Assembly (NCBI GenBank): GCA_951406725.2
Contig: OX597836.1
Location: 15,810,001 to 15,874,000, forward strand
Direction of reading: 5' to 3'
Length of the DNA stretch: 64,000 nt
Origin: Octopus vulgaris
Taxonomy: Eukaryota
Numbering within the stretch: the first letter of the stretch is position 1; each line of letters begins with the position of its first letter. Made by a program: the position numbers and the translations under genes. The notes beneath the pieces were generated by a model that did no database searches, had not been told where the DNA came from, and saw nothing but the letters and a program-made list of their open reading frames with translations. Below are positions 1 to 12,100 of this stretch, piece by piece.

Positions 1-103
1 GTGGTGGTGGTGGTGGTGGTGGTGATGGTGGATGCTTCAGCTGACTACGATGATGATAGTGCTGCTGATGATGATGATGCGATGCTGACCCCTTCCTCCT
101 TAC

Positions 104-181
104 CTTTCCCCGACACACTGCTATGAATGTGGCTCCTTTCAGCGAAGGGTCGGACACCTTGGAGTAGAAATCGTCAATAGC
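104..181 (-). CDS. RTEL1: RTEL1 exon (78 nt): [26 protein letters not shown]
   Basis: atttcag acceptor, gtaagg donor; GATF.AVCRGK motif V start. Confidence 0.95.
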
Positions 182-3100
182 CTGAAATGAGACAGTTACT
201 TCGAGTCATTATCCTTACTAATAACAGCGGAGAGGCATCAATGACACAACACAACATATTTGTACGCAAGAAAGTGTAAAAAAAAATCATTGTTTTGTTT
301 TTATATTTGGTTTGTAAGATTCCTGATGTGAACTCAGGTGTTGAAGCAGATTATGTTGTATCTTGGGAGGGTCATTTTGCCAACAATAATAAACACACAC
401 TGGTTCTATTTCACTTCTTTATCATTCATCAATTCATTATCCATTTAACCAATTAAATAATCAATTGTTTTATTAATTATTTGGTTAATCAATCAATCAG
501 TACATGTATACTGGTTTTATTTTACTTCTTTATGATTCGTCAATTGGTTAACTATTTAACCAATTAACTGATCACTTGTTTGATTAATTATTCAGTTAAT
601 CAATCAAGCAGTCATCATCATCGTTTAACGTCCGCTTTCCATGCTAGCATGGGTTGGACGATTTGACTGAGGTCTGGCGAACCAGATGACTGCGCTAGGC
701 TCCATTCTGATCTGGCAGAGTTTCTACAGCTGGATGCCCTTCCTAATGCCAACCACTCCAAGAGTGTAGTGGGTGTTTTAATGTGCCACGAGGGCCAGTC
801 TGGTGGTACTGGCAACAGCCACGCTCGAAAATGGTGTTTTTACGTGCCACCTGCACAGGAGTCAGTCCAGCGGCACTGGCAACGATCTCGCTCGAATGTT
901 TTGTTCATGTGCCACCGGCACAAATGCCAGTAAGGTGACGCTTGTAACGATCATGCTCGAATGGCACTTTTTACGTGCCACCGGCACAGAAGCCAGACAA
1001 CTGCTCTGGCAGTGATCTTGCTCGGATGGAGCTGTTAGCACTCCACTGGCACAGGTGCCAGTCATCAAATTTGGTTCAATTTTGATTTCACTTGCCCCAA
1101 CAGGTCTTCGCAAGCAGAGTTTAGTGTCCAATGAAGGGAGGTTGGCATGGGTGCCAGTTCGTCAAAATTCTTTCTGTCATCATTTGCAATCTCATCATTG
1201 AAATAAATGCTTTCTCTACTCCAGGTGAGCTTCAGGTTTGTTGCAGATCAATTAACAAATTTTTTAGTCATTTGACTGTGGCCATGCTAGAGCACCGCCT
1301 TTAACCGAGCAACTCGACCCCGGGACTTATTCTTTGTAAGCCCAGTACTTATTCTATCGGTCTCTTTTGCCGAACCGCTAAGTAACGGGGACATAAATAC
1401 ACCAGCATCGGTTGTCAAGCAATGCTAGGGGGACAAACACAGACACACAAATACATATATACGACGGGCTTTTTTTCAGTTTCCATCTACTAAATCCACT
1501 CACAAGGCTTTGGTCGGCCCGGGGCTATAGCAGAAGACACTTGCCCAAGATGCCACGCAGTGGAAATGAACCCGGAACCATGTGATTGGTTAGCAAGCTA
1601 CTTGCCACACAGCCACTCCTGGAAAATATAGAAGTGAAATATGACCAGTGTGTGTGTGAGGGTGTGTTATTACGGGTGCCCCAGCATGGCCAAAGTCTAA
1701 TGACTGAAATAAGTAAATGGATAAAAGATATTCTGCAGCATATACACTACACTATGTCATAAACTCTAGCACATAAAAACAACAACCTATACAACACAAA
1801 CCACACAATATAAATCATAGGTTCTCAAAGTGGGTGCTACTGACCACCCCCCCGTGGGCATTCAGATGGTCCAGGTGGGCGCTGGTGCCTAAGGGGGTGG
1901 TGAGGAGCAGTGTAGTGAAAAAGTAGGCATTGAGAAGAAGGCAGTGGTTTGGGGGACACTATGAATTTATTATGTGTGGAGGCACATGGCCTAGTGGTTA
2001 GGGCAGCGGACTCGCGGTCGATGGATCGTGGGTTTGAATCTCAGACCAGGTGATGTGTGTGTTTATGAGCAAAACACCTAAGCTACGCTTGGCTCCGGCA
2101 GAAGGTAATGGCGAACTTCTGCTGACTCTTTCACCACAACTTTCTCTCACTCTTTCCTCCTGCATCTTGCAGCTCACCCGTGACGGACCGGCGTCCCATC
2201 CAAGTGGGGAAACCCTACACCAAGGAAACTGGCCCTATGAGTCAGGGATGGCTTGAAAAGGAACAAACAATAAATTTATTATAATATTATTATAGTATTG
2301 TATACAAATTATATAATATCATATTAAATATCAAATGATTCATAGTATATATAAAGTAGTAAAACAAAATATTTATTTATACATAAAAATAGGGGTGGGG
2401 TGCTGAGGGCATTATGTGGCTATTGGCGGGGTGGACAGTGGCCCCAAAAGTTCGAGAACCTCTATAAACTATAAGGTCTACAGCAAACTACAACACACAC
2501 ACTACACATACTACAGCACAAACCATAACCAATACACTACAACACAAACTACAGCACAGTGTGGAGGCGTGTGGCTTAGTGGTTAGGGTGTTGAACTCGT
2601 GATCGTAAGGTTGTGGTTTCGATTCCTGGACTGGGCGATGCATTGTGTTGTGTTCTTGAGCAAAACACTCATTTTCACGTTGATCCAGTTCACTCAGCAG
2701 GCAAAAATGAGTAATCCTGCGACGGACTGGCGTCCCGTCCAGGTGGGGAATTTCTACGCCACTGAAATCGGAGAACCGGCCCTTATGAGCCTGGCATGGC
2801 TCGAGAAGGAACAGCACAATAAAAGAGAAAACTAAAAATCTACTCACAACTTGAAAGTCATCTTTATTTCTTGGTTCCACAAGGACAGGTTTTTGTTCAT
2901 TGATCCGTCTCCAGATGTCTATACTCTGTAAAAGAGGACAGGACACTTTGGTGTTGTGTGACCGAGAAGGGAACAGGACAACAGTGTAATAGAAGAAGGT
3001 AGTTTAACTCTTTAGCATTCAGATTATTCTGTGAAATGTAACGCTTATCTATGCACATTGCTTTTAATTATCGAAATCAAATTCGATGACTGGCATCCGT

Positions 3101-6100
3101 TGCTAGTGAAGCGCTAAGAGTACCATACAAGTGAGATCGTTGCCAGAGCAACAAGCTGGCCTCCGTGCCGATGGCATGTAAAAAACACCATTCAAGCGTG
3201 ATCGTTATCTGCGTCGCCTTACTGGCACTTGTGCTGGTGGCACATGAAAAAACATTCGAGCGAGGTCGTTGCCAGTGCCATTGGACTGGCTCCAGTGCAG
3301 GTGGCACATAAAAAGCACCATTTGAGCGTGGCCATAGCCAGTACCACGTGACTGGCCCTCGTGCCGGTGGTACGTAAAAGCACCCACTACACTCTTGGAG
3401 TGGTTGTCGTTAGGAAGGGCATCCAGCTGTAGAAACTCTGCCAGATCAAGATTGGAACCTGGTGCAGCCATCTGGTTCACCAGACCTCAGTCAAATCGTT
3501 CAACCCATGCTAGCATGGAAAGCAGACATTAAACGATGATGATGATGACAGCTTATCTCATAGCTTTGAGATTTCAATAATGTGATTGTTTATTTTAGAA
3601 TGACATAGAAGGGTAGGTGTAAGAGGTTGGATCTGATAAGTCTGAATATAAAACTGATAAAATATTTGGGCTGGACATGGCTGGTTTAACCATTTAGCAT
3701 TCAGATTACTCTGTCAAATATAATGCTTATTTATTTGCATTGTTTTGAATTAATCATGCTTTACTTTGTAGCTTTGAGATCCCCATGATGCAATTGCTAA
3801 TTTTTAGAATGACATTGTAGCATAGATGTAAGAGACTTAATTCATTGCCTGGTTTAACACCAACACCTCTGGGGTACCTTGTTTACCTTTAGTAGGCCCT
3901 ACTTTGTTGTAATCATTCAGGCAAAATTTAATTCCACATTAAGCACACCATTCAAGAGTGATTGTTACCGCGTCGCCTTACTAGCACTTGTGTTGGTGGC
4001 ATGTGAAATATTCGAGCGAGGTCGCCGCCAGTGCCGCTGGGCTGGCTCCTGTGCAGGTGGCACGTAAAAAGCACCATTTGGCCATTTGGGCGTGGCCATT
4101 GCCAGTACCACCAAACTAGCCCTCGTGCCGGTGGCACGTAAAAGCATCCACTACACTCTCGGAGTGGTTGGCGTTAGGAAGGACATCCGGCTGTAGAAAC
4201 TCTGCCAGATCAAGACTGGAGCCTGGTGCAGCCATCTGGTTCACCAGACCTCAGTCAAATCGACCAACCCATGCTAGCATGGAAAGCGGATGTTAAATGA
4301 TGATGATGATGTCCCTCCCTCCCACTAGTCTCAGGTCTTGCAAAGGGCCATGGGCACAGCCTTTCTGCTTGACTAAAGAAACAAATAAAATAAAATGAAA
4401 TTTTTAAAAGAACTCAAAAGGAGGGCAACTTACCTTCCAGTGGGTGATGCAGGCATCCATGAGTGGGTAGGATGGGAAGAAGACCAAGAGTCCATGAGGG
4501 ATTAACCGGCTAAAGTTTACTGCAAATGTAGAAGAAAGGGGCTTTAAAAGAAGAAGAGAGGTGGAAAGAGGAGGGAAGTGAGAGGATGGATGGACATGAG
4601 AGAGCAGCAGGGAGGTAAGAGGAGACTAAGATGGGGATAATTATTTCTTTATTACCCACAAGGGGCTAAACACAGAGGGGACAAACAAGGACAGATATCG
4701 ACCCCAGTGTGTAACTGGTACTTAATTTATCGACCCCGAAAGGATGAAAGGCAAAGTCGACCTCGGCGGAATTTGAACTCAGAACGTAACGGCAGACGAA
4801 ATACGGCTACGCATTTCGCCCAGCGCGCTAACATTTCTGCCAGCTCAATGTCTGCCCAGTAGAGAAGACTTTTTAGGCAGTCACTGCTCAACATATGTAC
4901 TGGAGCTTAGACTTGACCAGTGGACGTAAGCCAAGCTGTATGTGTTTCAGTGAAAATCCATAGATGACTCCAGCTTTAGTTTATCTACTCGATATTTACA
5001 GATAATTTATATCTTTATTGCCCACAAGGGGCTAAACATAGAGGGGACAAACGAGGACAGACAAACGGATTAAGTTGATTATATTGACCCCAGTGCGTAA
5101 CTGGTACTTATTTAATCAACTCTGAAAGCATGAAAAGCAAAGTCGACCTCGGTGGAATTTGAACTCAGAATGTAATGGTAGACAAAATACTGCTAAGAGA
5201 GGACAAACAAGGACGGACAAACAGATTAAGTCGATTACATTGATACCAGTGCGTAACTGGTACTTATTTAATCGACCCCGAAAGGATGAAAGGTAAAGTT
5301 GACCTCGGTGGAATTTGAACTCAGAACATAAAGAACGTAAATGCAGACAAAATACTGCTAAGCATTTCGCCCAGCATGCTAACGATTCTGCCAGCTCGCC
5401 GCTTTTTACCTGAGAACCGCAGATGCAAAGGAACAGCACTAACAATGACATTGTAGAGTAGGCATGAGAGGCCTGATCTGGCCAGTTTGAACATAAAACA
5501 AGTAGAATATTTAGGACAGCCAAGACTGGTTTGCATGCTGAAGGTGTTACGATGATCAGAGACCAAAGTCGGGATGAAGGGAGGAAGCAAACTCACCGAT
5601 GGCATTGCCAAGTGATGCTTGGTACTTGAGGTCAAACCTGTCGGAGATATAAATAGAGAGAAGTTTGATGTATTGTGTGGGGGTGGAGGTTGTGGTCACG
5701 ATGACACTGGTGATGGTGGTGATGATGGTATTCATGATAGTGGTGGTGTTGATGATAATATATCAGGTCATCCCATAAGTTCTGTCCGATTTTATCTTTT
5801 TTAACCCTTTAGTGTTCGCATTATTCTGCCAAAATTAATCCTTTTTTATCCACAGTGTTTTGAACTAATCATGCATTATCTTGTAACTATGAGAATTTGA
5901 TGAGGTAGCTGTTAATTTTTAAAATGATATTGTAGGGTTGGTGTGAGAGACCAGATCTGGCCAGTTTGAACATAAAACAGGCAGAATACTTTTGGCCGGA
6001 TATGGCCAGTTTAAATGCTAAAGGGTTAAAATTGAATGAAATTTAATAGTATTTTAGAATGTCTAATGGAATTAAAAAATATTTTCATGCATTTGTGTAC

Positions 6101-9100
6101 ATTTACACTAATTAAATATTATTTTACAGAATAATAGAATTAAAATTTCTTCGATTAAAACCTTTTCTAACATGGAAGTATCCAAAGAGCATTTAAGGCA
6201 CTTAATGCTTTATGAGTACAAAAAAGGAAACTCTGCAGCCGAAGTGACTCGAAACATGTACTCAGTTTATGGGAAGGAATGCTTGAATGAAAGAATTTGC
6301 AGAAGATGGTTAGCAAAATTCAGAAGTGGAGATTTTAGCCTTGAAGATGAAGATCGAATAGGACGTCCAGTTGAGTTTGATGATAAGCTCCTTGGGGCAT
6401 CATTCAAAGAAAATCCTGCATTATCAGTTGAAGAATTGGCAATAAAGCTTAGTTCAAACCATACAACTGTTCATCGTCATCTTAACAACTTGGAAAGGTT
6501 CCTAAACTTGGAAAATGTGTGCCTCATGAATTGTCCGAAAGCATCCGCAAATCCCAAGTTGACATCTGCTCTTCTCTCCATTCTCGCGAACTCATTTCAC
6601 CATTTTCGGATAGACTTGTGACTGGTGACAAAAAATGGATCTTCTATCGAAATGTTAAACATCATAAACAGTGGCTTCGTAAAAGGGAAAAAGCTCACCC
6701 ACAACCGAGAAGGGAACTTCATGGGGAAAAGGTTCTTCTCGCTATCTGGTGTGATTGCAAAGGAGTAATTCACTTTGAACTGTTACCACCTAATGTAACA
6801 ATCAATGTTCATGTCTACTGTCAGTGATATGAGCATTTGAACCAAGCTTTGAAGAAAAAAAAAGACCCGCTTTAGTGAATCGAACAGGAGTGAGGTTTCA
6901 TCAGGACAATGCCTGACCCCACACTGCAAAGATCACATCACAGAAGCTCAAAGAGCTGGTTGGGAAAAGATTCCTCATCCACCTTATTTTCCCGACCTTG
7001 CTCCTTCAGACTACCATTTATTTCTTAGTTTACAGAATCATTTAGGGGACATAACTTTCGCAAGCCAGGAGGAGGTCGAAACTGACATTTCAGAGTTCTT
7101 CACTTTGAAACCAAAGGAGTTTTACATTGGTGGGATTAAAAAGCTTGTAAATAGATGGAAGGAAGTCATAGATAATCAGGGAAAGTACATTAATGATTAA
7201 ATTTCAATTAAATATAACATTCAATCACTTGTTTTCTTCATTCAAAATTCGGACAGAACTTATGGGATGACCTGATACAATGATAAGGATGTTGATGATA
7301 TTAATGATGACAATGATTGTGAAGTTGATGATGATGATGATGATGACAATAATGATCTTGATTATGATCACGATGATGACTGATAATGATGTTGATGAGA
7401 CATAACGATGCTGATGATGATAATGATGGTAACAACATTCATGATGACAGTGATAATGATGACGACAAAAGAGAACAAACTGTTAAACTGATGATACCTT
7501 GTTTCAAAGCTGGAATTCAGGGTGTAGTTGTCTGGTCCCCTTGGCACTGCACCCACCCATATTTGATGCTTCTTTATGATGTGAGGATTCTGAAGAACCA
7601 CAGGAAATGGTCTGCAATGGAAACAGAGTTAGAGGTTCAAATATTGATAAGCAGAACTTACATTTATTAATACAATTGGCAGTGTCTCTCTCTTTCTCTC
7701 CCTGTTTGTCCATCCCACTAGCATAAACATCAAAGCCATTACTTTTATTATGTGACTGTATTTCATTAAAACATTAACAAGCCATTTAGTTACTTAAATA
7801 TCGAGGTGATATAGATGTAAATTTAACACGTGTGTGTGTGTGTGTGTATATATATATATTAGAAGGTTTGGAGATGATGTACAGGTATTATATATTAAAA
7901 GAAATAAGGTACTCAGAAATCTGGATGGTTTTATATTTACAAATATTTATTAATATGTCACATGTTTTTATAAATCATATATTAGCGCTAGCATCCACTC
8001 CAGTGAAGTCATCAGATTGAATTTTTTCAGGAATTTCGTCTCTTTTTATAGTATCATTGAGAGTGTAGGGGTAGATATATATATATACATACATACAGGT
8101 GCAATAGGTACAGGTATACCTGTGAAGTTTAGGGGTTTGCTTACGTGAGGCTAACACAAGAAACAATAAGCACTCTCCTTCACAGTGACAAAAATCAATC
8201 AAACCTGCCCCCTCCTCCTCCCCTTTTACGTGTGTGCACACAATGGAAGCAAGAGCAATGAAAGAGATACAAAATACTTACATCTTCAGTTCACTGGAGA
8301 AAGAACTGATCGGTGACAGCGTGCCACTTGTCAGGATCAAGCACTTGATACCGTGAGACACGAGTTCCTTCATTGTGAAACCCGGACAGAAACACCAGTA
8401 GCTGAGTTCTCGTCCTACACAAGTAGATGAGAATGTGTGTGTTTAGAAGCAACGGATACGAAGAGGAGAAAGTAAGAGCAGAAAATACATACCACCACCA
8501 TCGCCGCCACCAGGCACAAGGCTTGAAAGTTGAGGGGAGGGGGTAGTTACATCAGTCCCGACACTTGACTGGTATTTATTTCAGCAACCCCCAAAGGAGG
8601 AAAGGCAACGTCAACCTTGGTAGAATTTTAGCTAAGAATGGTCGAAATGCCAGTAAGCATTTTGTATGGTGTGCAAACAACTCTGCCAGCTCACCACCTT
8701 AACAGTAGTAGTAGTAGTAGCAGCAGCAGCAGTAATGGCACGTAAAAAGCACCATCCGATCATGGCCGTTGCCAGCCTTGCCTGGCCCCCATGCCGTTGG
8801 CACATAAAAAGCACCATCCGACCGTGGTCGTTTGCCAGCCTTGTCTGGCACGTAAAAAGCACCATCCGACCGTGGTCGTTTGCCAGCCTTGTCTGGCACA
8901 TAAAAAGCACCATCCGACCGTGGTCGTTTGCCAGCCTTGTCTGGCACATAAAAAGCACCATCCGACCGTGGTCGTTTGCCAGCCTTGTCTGGCACGTAAA
9001 AAGCACCATCCGACCGTGGTCGTTTGCCAGCCTTGTCTGGCACGTAAAAAGCACCATCCGACCGTGGTCGTTTGCCAGCCTTGTCTGGCACGTAAAAAGC

Positions 9101-12100
9101 ACCATCCGACCGTGGTCGTTTGCCAGCCTTGTCTGGCACGTAAAAAGCACCATCCGACCGTGGTCGTTTGCCAGCCTTGTCTGGCACGTAAAAAGCACCA
9201 TCCGACCGTGGTCGTTTGCCAGCCTTGTCTGGCACGTAAAAAGCACCATCCGACCGTGGTCGTTTGCCAGCCTTGTCTGGCACGTAAAAAGCACCATCCG
9301 ACCGTGGTCGTTTGCCAGCCTTGTCTGGCACGTAAAAAGCACCATCCGACCGTGGTCGTTTGCCAGCCTTGTCTGGCACGTAAAAAGCACCATCCGACCG
9401 TGGTCGTTTGCCAGCCTTGTCTGGCACGTAAAAAGCACCATCCGACCGTGGTCGTTTGCCAGCCTTGTCTGGCACGTAAAAAGCACCATCCGACCGTGGT
9501 CGTTTGCCAGCCTTGTCTGGCACGTAAAAAGCACCATCCGACCGTGGTCGTTTGCCAGCCTTGTCTGGCACGTAAAAAGCACCATCCGACCGTGGTCGTT
9601 TGCCAGCCTTGTCTGGCACGTAAAAAGCACCATCCGACCGTGGTCGTTTGCCAGCCTTGTCTGGCACGTAAAAAGCACCATCCGACCGTGGTCGTTTGCC
9701 AGCCTTGTCTGGCACGTAAAAAGCACCATCCGACCGTGGTCGTTTGCCAGCCTTGTCTGGCACGTAAAAAGCACCATCCGACCGTGGTCGTTTGCCAGCC
9801 TTGTCTGGCACGTAAAAAGCACCATCCGACTGTGGTCGTTTGCCAGCCTTGTCTGGCACGTAAAAAGCACCATCCGACCGTGGTCGTTTGCCAGCCTTGT
9901 TTGGCACGTAAAAAGCACCCACTACACTCACGGAGTGGTTGGCGTTAGGAAGGGCATCCAGCCGTAGAAACATTGCCACATCAAACTGGGCCAGGTGCAG
10001 CCTTCTGGCTTCCCAGACCCCAGTTGAACCGTCGAACCCATGCTAGCATGGAAAGCGGACGCTAAATGATGATGATGAATAATAATAATAATTTTCTACT
10101 ATAGGCACAAGGCCTGAAATGTTGAGAGAAGGAATACCATAAAAACCCATGTAATTTGCACACCTGTGTAATTTACGCAGGTGATTTTCAAGATAAAAAT
10201 TATTTAAAAAAAAGCTTCTACTCGTGTAAAATTCACACCCAAAAGTTTTCAGAATTGCTGATATGGTCAGGGAGAAAAGGTTTTCAATTTAGTTGTATGT
10301 AGCATAATTTCACTTATCAAATTTTCATTAAATAAAAATAATTTCTGTTTAACAAGTACCACACTGAAAGCTATCAAATTACGAAGCATTTGTGGTGTTT
10401 ATAATAAACTTTATTTTACACTTCTTGCCCACAAGAGATTATGTCTGATCTTTAGAATACTTCTGTATGGCTTCTCAAATCACGATCACAGGAAAAGTTG
10501 TTGATAATTCTTATCAACAAAAACAAAGCTGATAAATATGCACAAGTGTTGCAAAATAATTTTAATTACCAATAAACATCAGCTTGGATGACACTTTACT
10601 CAACCGACAGAGGACGGTGACCGATCAAACTGATTATGTAAACAGAATTCTGATTGGTCGAAAGTGTCTTCTTGTCATCAATACCACTTATTTAACTGGT
10701 ACTCATTTTATCAACCCTGAAGGGATGAAAGGCAAAGTTAGCCACAGCAGGATTTGAACTTAAAGACATAAAAACAAATGAAATTCCACTAAGCATTTTG
10801 TCCAGTATGCTAACGATTGTACTAGTTTGTCACCTTAAATGATAATAGTAATTGGCAACAGAGGCCCAAGAGGAACCTAGTGGTGTTGTGCAATGATTAT
10901 GAGATGTTCATGCATTTCCTAAAGGCCAATTAGCAATCCCAGAACTGAAGTGAATAGATTTAAGTACTTACTTTGTGGTGCTTCTGAAGATTTTATCCAA
11001 GAGTCCATTGATTTTTGTTTCGGTTTAACTGTCACCTCTGCAATGTGAACCTGTAACCAGGCAATTTAAAAAGTTAACAAAATACACAGCTTTGATATCC
11101 TGAAAAACATTTCAAATCAACATTTCTGTTTTGTCTGCAAGTTAAATTTAAGGGGAGGGGAGGATGGTAGGGACTTTAGTGTTTGAAGACGGCCAGGTTT
11201 TTGGTACTTGTAGTAGTGTGTAAGGGAAAGGGAACTTATTGAGGAATGGCAAGTTTTCTCATAAGGGTTTAATAATGGCTAAGAAGGTAATGTCCATTTT
11301 CTTTCATCATCATCATCACCATTACTGTTTAACATCTTATTTTTTTATTGCCCACAAGGAGCTAAACATAGAGAGGACAACCAAGGATAGACAAAGAGAT
11401 TAAGTCGATTACATCGATCCCCAGTGCGTAACTGGTACTTAATTTATCAACCCCGAAAGGATGAAAGGTAAAGTCGACCTCAGCGGAATTTGAACTCAGA
11501 ACATAACGGCAGACGAAATACCGCTAAGCATTTCGCCCAGCGTACTAACGTTTTTGCCAGCTCACCGCCTTAGTTTCTGCCAGCTTGGCACCTCACTGTT
11601 TAACATCTTTTTCCATGATGGCATGAGTTGGCTGGCTTGACAGGAACTGGTGAGCCAGAGGACTGTGCCAAGCTCCAAAGTCAACTTTGGCATGGTTTCT
11701 ACAGCTGGATGCCCTTCTTAAACACCTATCACATTAAGGGATGTACTGGGTGTGTTTTATGTGGCACCTGCACTAGTAAAGTCACCAAGTAACTCACAAG
11801 ACGAGACAAGACCCCTGAACTGAGGGGGAGTAGAACTGAGGGAGGTGGCTTTCTGCACTGTGAAGAGTGGTTAAAGTATGATGAAGAGGGGTCTGGGTAC
11901 ACCTTTAAGTTACAGGAAGGGTCCAAGAAGATGTGGGATGAAATTATGAGCAAGGATCTTCAGATGATGGGCCTCACAGAGGAGATAACAAGGGACTGTG
12001 AATCCTGGCTGTTGCTGTGCTTGAGAAGATACATCAAGCTAAGTAAAATCACGGTTGACCTTGCATACAGGTATATTCCAGGCACCCCACTTCAGCTAAG

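Larger units (their letters stand above)
5763..7275 (+). mobile_element. Full-length decayed mariner (DD34D) transposon
   Basis: Perfect 27-bp TIRs TCAGGTCATCCCATAAGTTCTGTCCGA (5763-5789 / 7249-7275) with TA on both sides; ~1288 bp after removing the nested MITE. Confidence 0.95.

Noticed and set aside
1205-1230. Pyrimidine tract plus CAG|GTGAG
   Set aside because: On the non-gene strand; used as a background example that tempers the recursive-splice candidates
7860-8050. Possible Penelope-like remnant with CTGATGA on the minus strand
   Set aside because: No correctly placed GAAA box or stems; too degenerate to call
8632-9979. Four 385-433 aa ORFs on both strands; also a superficial CRISPR look
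   Set aside because: Artefact of a stop-free 48-bp tandem unit. Units are identical with no unique spacers, there are no cas genes, and the context is a eukaryotic intron.
9925-9980. GGAAGGGCATCC segment that recalls sequence next to twister ribozymes in RTE-related elements
   Set aside because: The twister core (GGTCCCAAGCCC) is absent from every copy I read
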